Assembly: GCA_019894955.1 (NCBI GenBank)
Contig: JAGXNQ010000003.1
Span: 1 to 48,210, forward strand
DNA from: Promethearchaeota archaeon
GTDB lineage: Archaea > Asgardarchaeota > Lokiarchaeia > Sigyniarchaeales > SOKP01
Direction: 5' to 3'
Length of the DNA: 48,210 nucleotides
The notes below the pieces were generated by a model, which was given only the letters and a program-made list of their open reading frames with translations, had not been told where the DNA came from and searched no databases. Position numbers and translations under genes: made by a program. Shown piece after piece: positions 37,834-46,341 of this stretch (its first letter is position 1; every line of letters begins with the position of its first letter).

Positions 37834-39285
37834 ATGCTAGCAATATTATTATTACTCGAGATGATAATCCTTTTAGTAACTGGTATTTCTATCGTTTTCC
37901 TAAACCAACAAATTAAGAGAATAAAAATCATATTTTGGACAATATTTTCTACACTCATTATCAATACCTTTTCATTGTTGATGATATTATTTATGAATAT
38001 ACAAAATTATGAGTTTTATTTAATTATTGATGGAAATACCCTATTTATCGCAGAATTCATACTATTAGGTGGTATATTTTACGCCATACTTTCCAAAAAT
38101 AATTCAGTAAATCCAATTCATGATGGAATTTCACTACTAATTTTAGCAGGAATTATTGGCTTTGTCTCGTCTTCGCACTTATTAATTCTATGTTCATGGT
38201 TTGCATTTATACTTGTTTTGTTAGGTGTTAATCTCTTTTATGGGGAAGTAGCTATCGATTTCAAAAATGTTGGCCCCTATTTTTTAACTATTGGAATTAG
38301 CCTGACTGCTCTCTATATATTTGGTATCATTATTTTCCTCGATACTGGAACAATCAATATCATTGAAATTATAAATATTGGTGTATCTAATGAATTTAAT
38401 TTTATTTATCTCATTCTAATTATAATAGGATTTGGCTTACCATTTGGAATTTTCCCTATTTGTGGTATTCATTTAAAAAAACTATTCCAAGATGGATCCT
38501 ATTTTAATTTATCATTTTACTTACTGATAAATTATTCAATAATCTTCAATCTATTTAGATCGTTTCAATTTTTTAAAAATTTGTCATTAGGATTTGGATT
38601 ATTTGTCACCATCATTTCACTTCTGGGTATAATTATTCTTTCCTATATTATATTAAAACTCTTATTCTATTCTTATGAAGAAAAAATGCTCTCTCTTAAA
38701 ATAATAATGGGGTACTCAATAACTGGCGATTTTAATAATTTCTTAATGTTATTCTCAGTATCATTATTAATCCCTAATTATATGAAAGAAACGTATCTGA
38801 ATGGTCTTTTTTTAGTTTTTTCTTTATTCATATTAGTTAAATTGCTGATTATTACTAATTTATATCCCATGATCTTAACGCAAGAAGATGATCATATAAA
38901 AAAAGAGAAAGGGAAAAGATATTCAAAATTCTTAAGATGTTTATTATATTTTTCAGGAGCAAAAATCGCATTTCCTTTAAGTTTTTATTCATCTTGGCTT
39001 TTGGTAGTAGTATTGAATAGTCCAGAAGTGCAATCCAATTCGGCTTTTATTTTTCTCATCATGCTAATCATAATTTTACATTTAATTTATAACACGATTT
39101 CTCTTTTAACTATATCAACTATTAACATCGAAACTCATAATGAAGAAATTCTTAATACAAGGAAAGAGTTAGAATTATTTGATATTAGTTTTGAAAGTAA
39201 AATTGTGATTTTTTTTATATATTGTATATGTATTCTAATCAATGTTTTATTTTTCTTAAATCTCTTTTCTTATATTCTTCTTTAA
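37834..39285 (+). CDS. Polytopic integral membrane protein (12 or more helices), unknown function
   Basis: 483 aa, hydrophobic almost throughout. I could verify no diagnostic transporter motif. Confidence 0.6.
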   Translation: MLAILLLLEMIILLVTGISIVFLNQQIKRIKIIFWTIFSTLIINTFSLLMILFMNIQNYEFYLIIDGNTLFIAEFILLGGIFYAILSKNNSVNPIHDGISLLILAGIIGFVSSSHLLILCSWFAFILVLLGVNLFYGEVAIDFKNVGPYFLTIGISLTALYIFGIIIFLDTGTINIIEIINIGVSNEFNFIYLILIIIGFGLPFGIFPICGIHLKKLFQDGSYFNLSFYLLINYSIIFNLFRSFQFFKNLSLGFGLFVTIISLLGIIILSYIILKLLFYSYEEKMLSLKIIMGYSITGDFNNFLMLFSVSLLIPNYMKETYLNGLFLVFSLFILVKLLIITNLYPMILTQEDDHIKKEKGKRYSKFLRCLLYFSGAKIAFPLSFYSSWLLVVVLNSPEVQSNSAFIFLIMLIIILHLIYNTISLLTISTINIETHNEEILNTRKELELFDISFESKIVIFFIYCICILINVLFFLNLFSYILL

Positions 39286-39294
39286 AATAAGAAA

Positions 39295-40848
39295 TTAAAT
39301 CTTAAGCTCGTTTTCTACAAATACTGTAGCTACCATTTCAAGGTCTTCATTTGTGATAGAACGAGATAATGCTGTTTGTAAATCGGTGAGTAATTGTTTA
39401 CATAAATTGATGCTTAACGAACTTCCTTTTTGTTCAATTAATTTTTGCAACTCTAATGGATAATCAATTTTGCCAATTGCTTCGTCATCTTTAGATTTTT
39501 CAATAATGAAATTAGTATACTCTTTTGGCTTATCTGGTTTAAATTCCTTCTCTTTTGGTTTGATTTTGATTTTAATATCATCAGGAGTTAAATATTGAGA
39601 TATCTTTTCCTTATCTTCTTTTGTAAATAGAGTGAGATCTTCGATTTTTGATGTTTCTGAACTGATAATATTTTCTCGTTTGGGGGGTGGGGTGATTTGA
39701 GGTGTAATAGAATTTGATTTATTTCTTAATTGACTGGTAGGTAAACTTTTTACCATGGGCTTCTCAGAAAATTCGATTTTTCCTGGTACTTTAAACTTCC
39801 GCTTGCTTTCACGAATTTTCCTTAATTTATTTTGTTCTTCTATTTTGGATTGTATTTCTACTACTTTATTCTTAAATGTTTGAATATAGTCCAGATCTTG
39901 ATAATGACTTGAAATTTTAATCAATTCTTTATATTTTACTATTGATAAAACAAAATTTCCTTCAAGCTCTAATCTTTCTGCTTGATTCATCATTTCTGGG
40001 AAATCTTTAGGTAGAGTTTCTTTAAGATTAAGTGATTTAGATATAATCGAATTAATTCGTTGTTTCACCTCTTGATCAACTAATGATAATTCAAAAAAAT
40101 CATCCATATCTAACTCATTTTTAATTAATTTCAAGTCAGAATCTTCAACTAGATCTCGTTTATTACCAATAATTACCAATTTGGATAGCTTTCCTTCTTG
40201 CTTTTGCAGGGTTTTAAAATGATCTATCACTCTTATGTGGTAATTTGAAAGATCAAACAAGAGTATTATGAGATCTGATCCACTAATAAATTTGGACCAT
40301 AGAAGTGAGAAATTATCTTTAAGTTGAAAATCCCACATATCAAAATTTAGATTTTCAATACTATAGTTTGATGAAACAGCAAAATTCATTATTTCTTTAG
40401 TTTCTCCCTTTTTAAGAAGATAAAATAGTTCAGTTTTTCCTGCATTTGTTGGACCAATGATAACTAATTTAGAATGTAGTTCATGTTGTAGGGGTTTCAA
40501 GTATTCTACAAAATTTTCTTTTTGAGATGTAGATTCCAAAATCTCATTTGGTAACTGAAATAGTTCATCGAATTTCTCGATAGTTTTGAGTATTATTGGT
40601 TCCATCCTATTAAGTTGATCTACGAGATCAGTTACAAACATGAACAATACGTTCTTACTGGAACGGTGGAATATTTGATAATTAGTAACAGAACGCTGAA
40701 ATGTTTTTCCAGGCATTGGCAAATCTAAATGAGATTGTATGATTTTTGTTACATTTGTTAATTCCTCGTCCCCAAGACCCATTGCATAAGAATGATTAAA
40801 AATACAAGCATTCTTATGAAAAATATGAATTTGTCTTAACATGATCAT
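39295..40848 (-). CDS. Longin-like N-terminal domain + Arf-like small GTPase domain (degenerate switch II) + long C-terminal extension
   Basis: The N-terminus IHIFHKNACIFNHSY..NYQIFHRSSKNVLFMFVTDLVDQLNRMEPIILKTIEKFDELF follows the sigma-adaptin/longin pattern (cf. NFKIIYRRYAGLYFCICVD..AYLEAIHNFVEVLNEYF). GTPase motifs are the P-loop GPTNAGKT and NKxD GNKRDL. The Arf-type [13 protein letters not shown] reads WDFQLKDNFSLLW here. ATGs at 40848 and 40842; GTG at 40851. Confidence 0.75.
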   Translation of the reverse strand: MIMLRQIHIFHKNACIFNHSYAMGLGDEELTNVTKIIQSHLDLPMPGKTFQRSVTNYQIFHRSSKNVLFMFVTDLVDQLNRMEPIILKTIEKFDELFQLPNEILESTSQKENFVEYLKPLQHELHSKLVIIGPTNAGKTELFYLLKKGETKEIMNFAVSSNYSIENLNFDMWDFQLKDNFSLLWSKFISGSDLIILLFDLSNYHIRVIDHFKTLQKQEGKLSKLVIIGNKRDLVEDSDLKLIKNELDMDDFFELSLVDQEVKQRINSIISKSLNLKETLPKDFPEMMNQAERLELEGNFVLSIVKYKELIKISSHYQDLDYIQTFKNKVVEIQSKIEEQNKLRKIRESKRKFKVPGKIEFSEKPMVKSLPTSQLRNKSNSITPQITPPPKRENIISSETSKIEDLTLFTKEDKEKISQYLTPDDIKIKIKPKEKEFKPDKPKEYTNFIIEKSKDDEAIGKIDYPLELQKLIEQKGSSLSINLCKQLLTDLQTALSRSITNEDLEMVATVFVENELKI

Positions 40849-41070
40849 CACTTATATGTTAATCAAGGGATATCAATATTCTTTATAATCATATAAAAAA
40901 CTCTTATTAATATATGTTAATATCATATGAACCTAAAAGTTTTAGCATCAATTTAGGTGACTGCAGAAATCAAATATGAACTATTAATTAAATGAAATGA
41001 AAGATTTTTTTTACCTTGAAATGTTTATAGAATTAAATTCTTGTAACATTAAAATTTACTGATCAATTTA

Positions 41071-42006
41071 ATGCCTTTAACAGCACATCACTTAAGGAAC
41101 TTATTAAAAGAAACACAGTTAGATAAGGAAATTGATGAGCTCACTGAATTAATGGTCAAAAGAATAAACCAACTTTGTTTTGAAGATTGCCAGATTGATC
41201 GAATTGCTTGCACGCTCCAACCAAAATGTAGACAAAGATGGCTCTTAAAATTAAGGTTACTAAACAAATTATCATTAGAAGATCAACCTAAATTTTGCTA
41301 TAGTGTTCATAAGAATATTCTTTTTCGCGACAAAAACAACAAAACAGTTGTCTATAAGCCAACTGATGCCTATTTATACACGATTGATTTTTTAGATGTT
41401 TTTTTCCATGGGGATTATCGAAAATTAAATCTCTATTTCTCAAAAAAACAGTATAAAAATTGTATTAAAATATTTAAAGATCGAATCAATAATAGAGGCG
41501 ACCATTTTCAATATCTATTAACAAATAAAGAAAATTTTATGATATTCAAATTTGATGAAAAAATTCACGTAATGTTTCTTAATGAAAACTATGTATTATC
41601 TAATGCTAATAGAGATAATATTACAAATGTAGAACTACTAAAAGGAATATGTGAATTATTTGCTATGCTCCACTTTCCAGAATTCAAATTAAAATTAGAT
41701 ACTGATAATAGAATTGAAATTAAAAGCATAATTCCTGTAGATATTTTATTAAAAGTGATATCCAAACCACCCGAAACAAAAGATAACAAAATTGATGAGT
41801 ATTTCTGGAATATTTTTTCAACTGACCTTGATGCTTTAAGTCAACATTGTAAAGAAATCAAATTATATATGAATAAACAAAATGATTTAGTTATAAAAAT
41901 ATACCTTGATGTGAATTCTACACATCTAATAAGATATAGAGATTTGCGATTAATTTTTAATATAATTTATCGGATTTATAATGATTATTACATAATTTGG
42001 GCATAA
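41071..42006 (+). CDS. Hypothetical protein (311 aa), no recognisable family
   Basis: Long ORF with ordinary composition. It is divergent from the longin-GTPase gene and lies 26 nt upstream of the HEAT/coiled-coil gene, so they probably form an operon. Confidence 0.55.
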   Translation: MPLTAHHLRNLLKETQLDKEIDELTELMVKRINQLCFEDCQIDRIACTLQPKCRQRWLLKLRLLNKLSLEDQPKFCYSVHKNILFRDKNNKTVVYKPTDAYLYTIDFLDVFFHGDYRKLNLYFSKKQYKNCIKIFKDRINNRGDHFQYLLTNKENFMIFKFDEKIHVMFLNENYVLSNANRDNITNVELLKGICELFAMLHFPEFKLKLDTDNRIEIKSIIPVDILLKVISKPPETKDNKIDEYFWNIFSTDLDALSQHCKEIKLYMNKQNDLVIKIYLDVNSTHLIRYRDLRLIFNIIYRIYNDYYIIWA

Positions 42007-42032
42007 ATAATAAAAAGAAGAGATAGATCACA

Positions 42033-43280
42033 ATGAGTGAAGATAAAGATAAAGAAAAAGACCCAGAATTAACTAAAATTAAAGATTTCATCCACGACAA
42101 AAGATTTGATGATGTTGTTCAAATTATAGCATTGTATTTAGCTGATTCTACAGATGAAAATTACCTAGATCGATTAGAAAATTTAATCGAAACATTGCTA
42201 ACTCTACATGGAGGTAGAACAGTTTTAAGATTTTTAATTGAGCAACTTGTTATTGATTTACCATCATTATTAGAAAATTTATCGAAAAGAGACTCCGTCC
42301 TAAGATATTCATTCCTACTTTTATTAAAACCCTTTTGTGAAAATGAATGTGATTTATTCATGCCCTTCATAGAAGATCTTATAAATTCAGAAGATCCTAA
42401 TATTCGTGAGGCCGCATTACAGTTGGTTATTTTTATGGCAGGAGGAGATAAAGGGATCGACGATGAATCAATTATCAACTCAATTTCAACTAAATTAACT
42501 GATGAAAAGGAATTTATTATTGAAAAAGGAATTCAAACACTTAAAGCAATAGGGAAATCTTACCCTTCCTTAGTTAGAAGAGTTCTAACTAATATAGTAA
42601 AAGAAAATGCAGAGAATGAAGAATTAAAACAAGCCGCTGATTTGGTCATAAAAGCAATAGTTACAGTAGATCAGATTGAAGAAATTGTTGAAGACGAACT
42701 TACAGAATCAGAGATCATTGAAAAAGAAGAAGATGAGATTAACGACAAAGAAATCGAATTAAAGAAAAAGGAAATTGAACTAAAGAAAAAGAAACTAGAA
42801 CTTGAAGAAAAACTAATGGATGAAAAAGAAAAAAGTTTAAAATTTAAAGAAGAAATTATTGATCGAGAAGTTGAGATTACCCCTGACCATGAAGATTTAC
42901 CAAAAAAATTAAAAAAACAAATCAAGAAAGATGAAAATGAGTTATTTGATAAAGAAATTGAACTTAAAAAGAAAGGCATTGAGATAAAAAAGAAGAAACT
43001 TGAAATTGAATTAAAAGAAAAAGAATTTGAAGAAATATCTATTCAAGAAAGAGAAAAGACACTCAAAATTAAAGAACAACTATTGGAAAAAGAATCTGAA
43101 CTATCTCATGTAGAGCTTGAACTACAACAGAAAAAAATTGAAGAAAAGGAGAAAAAACTTAGAAAAACAGAAGTAGAACATGCTGAAGAGATTTTTAAAG
43201 AATTAGAAAAATCTCAAGAAGAAAAACAAGAATCAAATAAAGAAGAGGATAATAATAATCACAAAGAATTACATGAATAA
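42033..43280 (+). CDS. HEAT/ARM-like helical-repeat N-domain + E/K-rich coiled-coil C-domain
   Basis: HEAT-like units (SEDPNIREAALQLVIFMAGGD; EKGIQTLKAIGKSYPSLVRRVL; VLRYSFLLLLKPFCE) in residues about 20-215. From about residue 220 onward there is a charged coiled coil with an internal duplication. Confidence 0.65.
   Translation: MSEDKDKEKDPELTKIKDFIHDKRFDDVVQIIALYLADSTDENYLDRLENLIETLLTLHGGRTVLRFLIEQLVIDLPSLLENLSKRDSVLRYSFLLLLKPFCENECDLFMPFIEDLINSEDPNIREAALQLVIFMAGGDKGIDDESIINSISTKLTDEKEFIIEKGIQTLKAIGKSYPSLVRRVLTNIVKENAENEELKQAADLVIKAIVTVDQIEEIVEDELTESEIIEKEEDEINDKEIELKKKEIELKKKKLELEEKLMDEKEKSLKFKEEIIDREVEITPDHEDLPKKLKKQIKKDENELFDKEIELKKKGIEIKKKKLEIELKEKEFEEISIQEREKTLKIKEQLLEKESELSHVELELQQKKIEEKEKKLRKTEVEHAEEIFKELEKSQEEKQESNKEEDNNNHKELHE
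42744..43010 (+). repeat. Internal in-frame duplication within the coiled-coil region (units start 42744 and 42948, 204 nt apart)
   Basis: DKEIELKKKEIELKKKKLELEEK..EKSLKFKEEI compared with DKEIELKKKGIEIKKKKLEIELKEK..EKTLKIKEQL. The similarity is also visible at DNA level (gacaaagaaatcgaattaaagaaaaagg / gataaagaaattgaacttaaaaagaaagg). Confidence 0.6.
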
Positions 43281-43281
43281 A

Positions 43282-44328
43282 TCAAACTGAATCATCTTCC
43301 TCATCCAATTCATCAAAATCGATGCTTGATTGAGCCTTATTTTCTGATATTGGAGCAGCATGTAACCTTCTTACTAGTTTTCTTACACTCTCCAATCGCA
43401 TGCTATCTTGTGGTAATCCTAACTGTACTTTTTTTGCAAGCTTATATGCTAACTCTATATATTGTAAATCTTCTAAAAACTCTACAATTTGTATCTTATA
43501 ATCAGTATCGTCTACTCCTTCTCCATATTCCATCAGTTTTTCCTTTAATAGTATATCAATTTTATCAGATCTTTCAACGTATTTTAGATTTTTCACTAAT
43601 TGCTTAAAGCTATTCATTATGTTATACATTTCTGATTTTGGATAATCATCAATATTTTTAAGTACATAGAAAATATATAACTCTGCTTTTTCATAACGTT
43701 GCATTATAATTGATATTTCTACGAGATCTAGAAGAGCTAATTCATAGAGAAACTTTGATTCAATCCTTGGAATAATCATTTCAAAAATCCAATCTAACAA
43801 ATTAATCTGTTCATACTGCTTTATTATATCAATTAGAAATCGTTCCACAGTATAATAAAGTTTAGAGTTTTCAGTTTTAGTAGAAGAGAGAAACGATACT
43901 AAAACATATTTAATTCTACCCATTGCATCTTCAATATTAATCGGTTTCTCGCCGAACTTGTAAAATGCAGATTCCAAAATAGGTTTCACTTTATCTTGAT
44001 TCTTAAAATCGTAAATGAAGTATTCACCCCAATTAGGAGATCGTGCAGTAGCTGATTTCATCTTTTTTCCCTCTTTTGGGAGTCTTTCTGTTTTTGGTTT
44101 CGCTGCCTTTAACTTTTCTGATAGATCTGTTGCTTCTTCTTCTGATATTACTTCTAAAATTATTTTATCTTGTTTTGTAGTAATTGATAAACGAAAAAAT
44201 GTATCTTGATCTTCTTCAAATAATAGATCTCTAAGATCTTTAGGAAAGGTAATACCTGTTTTAGTTTTCTTTAAAACACATTCATAAATAAGATCTTGAT
44301 CTTCCTCATCTATTTTTTTTTCTAACAT
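43282..44328 (-). CDS. Hypothetical protein: AbrB/SpoVT-like N-terminus, all-helical body, acidic C-terminal tail
   Basis: KKTKTGITFPKDLRDLLFEEDQDTFFRLSITTKQDKIILEVI resembles a swapped-hairpin AbrB domain. The body is helical and the C-terminus is SIDFDELDEEDDSV. Its stop is 1 nt from the stop of the convergent gene 42033-43280. Confidence 0.55.
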   Translation of the reverse strand: MLEKKIDEEDQDLIYECVLKKTKTGITFPKDLRDLLFEEDQDTFFRLSITTKQDKIILEVISEEEATDLSEKLKAAKPKTERLPKEGKKMKSATARSPNWGEYFIYDFKNQDKVKPILESAFYKFGEKPINIEDAMGRIKYVLVSFLSSTKTENSKLYYTVERFLIDIIKQYEQINLLDWIFEMIIPRIESKFLYELALLDLVEISIIMQRYEKAELYIFYVLKNIDDYPKSEMYNIMNSFKQLVKNLKYVERSDKIDILLKEKLMEYGEGVDDTDYKIQIVEFLEDLQYIELAYKLAKKVQLGLPQDSMRLESVRKLVRRLHAAPISENKAQSSIDFDELDEEDDSV

Positions 44329-44392
44329 TTTTCTTTATAGAAAATCGTTAATTGGGTTTTTAGAACTTACTATATGTTATATGGACTATATA

Positions 44393-44986
44393 TTATCCTG
44401 TTATATGGACTAATTCTACTCCACGTACATCAAAATTTTTATCAATAAAACATAGAACAACATGACCCTCATGTACGTAAACGATGGGAACTGGATATGA
44501 TTCTGCATTATTGATGAAACTTCTCTTTACAATTAGTGGTTTAGTAACATTACAAACCATGCAAGGAATATTAACAACTTTGATTAAATCTCTTTCTTCA
44601 AAATTGTCTAATAATTCTTCAATCTCAATTTCAAATTTATTAAAAATACCAGGAGAGAAATTGTCATATGATAATATATAATCTACGGCATATTTTTTAT
44701 TGAATTCGACTGATACTTCCTCAATAATAGCTTCTAATAATTGGAATTGCATTTCAATATTCGAACCTGCGGAATAAATAATATTTCCCTTACGTATATG
44801 CACAATTTTTAGGTTACCTTTATTCATGTGAAAAAAAATATCACTCATTGGATTCTGTTTGCTTACGTTTAAATCTAAAATGAAACTTTTATATGATCCC
44901 TTAGGTTTGTATTCAAATAACGTAAATTCTTCATTACTGATATTAATGAATTCTAAGTTATTCAATATATTCTTAATATTTAGCAT
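44393..44986 (-). CDS. Hypothetical protein with longin/roadblock-like N-domain and small Cys/His-containing C-domain
   Basis: NLKIVHIRKGNIIYSAGSNIEMQFQLLEAIIEEVSVEFNKKY matches the strand-strand-helix pattern of longin/roadblock folds. The C-terminal part is VNIPCMVCNVTKPLIV..PIVYVHEGHVVLCFIDKNFDVRGVELV. ATG at 44986; TTG at 44995. Confidence 0.5.
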   Translation of the reverse strand: MLNIKNILNNLEFINISNEEFTLFEYKPKGSYKSFILDLNVSKQNPMSDIFFHMNKGNLKIVHIRKGNIIYSAGSNIEMQFQLLEAIIEEVSVEFNKKYAVDYILSYDNFSPGIFNKFEIEIEELLDNFEERDLIKVVNIPCMVCNVTKPLIVKRSFINNAESYPVPIVYVHEGHVVLCFIDKNFDVRGVELVHITG

Positions 44987-45140
44987 ATGAATCAATATTT
45001 TATGTCTAGGATAATATTGAGGGTCTTATGGTTATATAAAACGCTTAATCAAATATAAAGAACTTGAATATTTATATATGCATAAATTAGATAAATTAGA
45101 TGATGACCAACCGATAATTTAAAAAGGAGAAAGTTATAGA

Positions 45141-45992
45141 ATGAATAAGACGAATATTCAAGAAGAATTGAATAAATTCCAAGAAACTCATATTGCACCT
45201 AAATTCAGAAATTTAACGTTTACAATCATTTTATCACAACCGGAGCACGCAAGTAATATAGGTTCAATTGCTCGGATAATGAAAAATTTCGATTTCAAAA
45301 ACTTGGTTATTTTTAACCCAATCGAAAAAAAAGAAAATATCCTATGCCGAAAAACTGAAGGCTTTGCAATGCATGGTAAAGATGTATTATATAATTCTAC
45401 CATAATCCCCAATATGAAACAAGAAAATCACGTTCAAGAATTATCAGATTACTTACAGAAATTTGATTTAGTTTTTGGAACCACTGCAAAAGGAAGCAAT
45501 TATCAAAACATTAAACGTTTACCAATCTTTCTTCATGAATTAAACTTGCCCCTATCGAAAAAACCATTAAATTTAGCAGTATTATTTGGAAAGGAATCTA
45601 GTGGATTGACAAATGAAGAGATCCAACTATCAGATATTGTAATCCGGATTCCTGCAGGAAGTGTATACCCAACTCTAAATATTTCTCAAGCTTGTGGAAT
45701 TATTTGTTATGAAATTTTCAAACAAACTCACACGATTAATATCGGCCGAGGAATAAAACCTGTTTTATTAGCGGATAAAATAAATCGAAAAGTACTCTAT
45801 GACATGGTTTCAAACATCATCTCATATCTTAAAATTCGAACTCACAAGAAAGATAATGTATTGCTCTCTTTCAAGAATGTATTCGAACGAAGCTTAATTT
45901 CAAAAAAAGAATTAAGCCTTATCATGGGTGTCTTTTCCAAAATTAACTTGATCCTAAGTAATGCCAATAAATTCGATGATTTAAAGTTTTAA
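45141..45992 (+). CDS. SpoU/TrmJ-type SPOUT RNA 2'-O-methyltransferase
   Basis: TIILSQPEHASNIGSIARIMKNFDF, AVLFGKESSGLTNEEIQLSDIVIRIP and LNISQACGIICYEI. An AGGAG SD lies 12 nt upstream. Confidence 0.8.
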   Translation: MNKTNIQEELNKFQETHIAPKFRNLTFTIILSQPEHASNIGSIARIMKNFDFKNLVIFNPIEKKENILCRKTEGFAMHGKDVLYNSTIIPNMKQENHVQELSDYLQKFDLVFGTTAKGSNYQNIKRLPIFLHELNLPLSKKPLNLAVLFGKESSGLTNEEIQLSDIVIRIPAGSVYPTLNISQACGIICYEIFKQTHTINIGRGIKPVLLADKINRKVLYDMVSNIISYLKIRTHKKDNVLLSFKNVFERSLISKKELSLIMGVFSKINLILSNANKFDDLKF

Positions 45993-46204
45993 TAATCGTT
46001 GGTTTTATATTGTCTCGGTTTTCTTCTATGCAATACGATGAGCCTTTCTGGAGTATTATTAAGTATACGCCTGATAACTTTTGCGAGAGCGTTTGGATTT
46101 TCATAACCCATGGCAACAGACCATTCCCTTGCCGTAGCAAGGCCTAATTCTTTTAATTTCTCTAAACAAATTTCTTCATAAGTCCTCATTAATTTTTGCG
46201 TCAA
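45989..46204 (-). CDS. Small putative HTH protein
   Basis: About 66-71 aa. ICLEKLKELGLATAREWSVAMGYENPNALAKVIRRIL resembles a helix-turn-helix. Start is either TTG at 46204 or ATG at 46189. Its stop overlaps the stop of the convergent methyltransferase gene. Confidence 0.45.
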   Translation of the reverse strand: MTQKLMRTYEEICLEKLKELGLATAREWSVAMGYENPNALAKVIRRILNNTPERLIVLHRRKPRQYKTNDY

Positions 46205-46254
46205 ATATCACCAAGGTTTTGTATTAAAAATTATAACATTGAGGCTCTATAAAA

Positions 46255-46341
46255 ATGGGCATGTCAGTATATTGTTTTTGATTACACATATTTAAAAATC
46301 TTATACTGCATTCATGTATTCGTGGGAAGGTGATGGGCATG
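46255..46341. promoter_or_regulatory. Two copies of ATGGGCATG (46255-46263, 46333-46341) in the spacer between divergent small HTH genes; possible operator sites
   Basis: This exact 9-mer direct repeat is relatively G+C-rich in an AT-rich spacer. The second copy sits in the palindromic context GGGCATGCATG. Confidence 0.25.

Noticed and set aside
37834-39285. 483-aa membrane protein as a complex I / Mrp antiporter-like subunit
   Set aside because: The number of helices is compatible, but I could not find the conserved Lys/Glu/His and PTP-SA type motifs. It is left as an unknown membrane protein.
42671-42979. 102-aa Ser/Phe-rich antisense ORF
   Set aside because: It is the reverse complement of the GAA/AAA-rich (E/K) coiled-coil coding repeats, so TTC/TTT/TCT codons arise automatically. 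It is an artefact.
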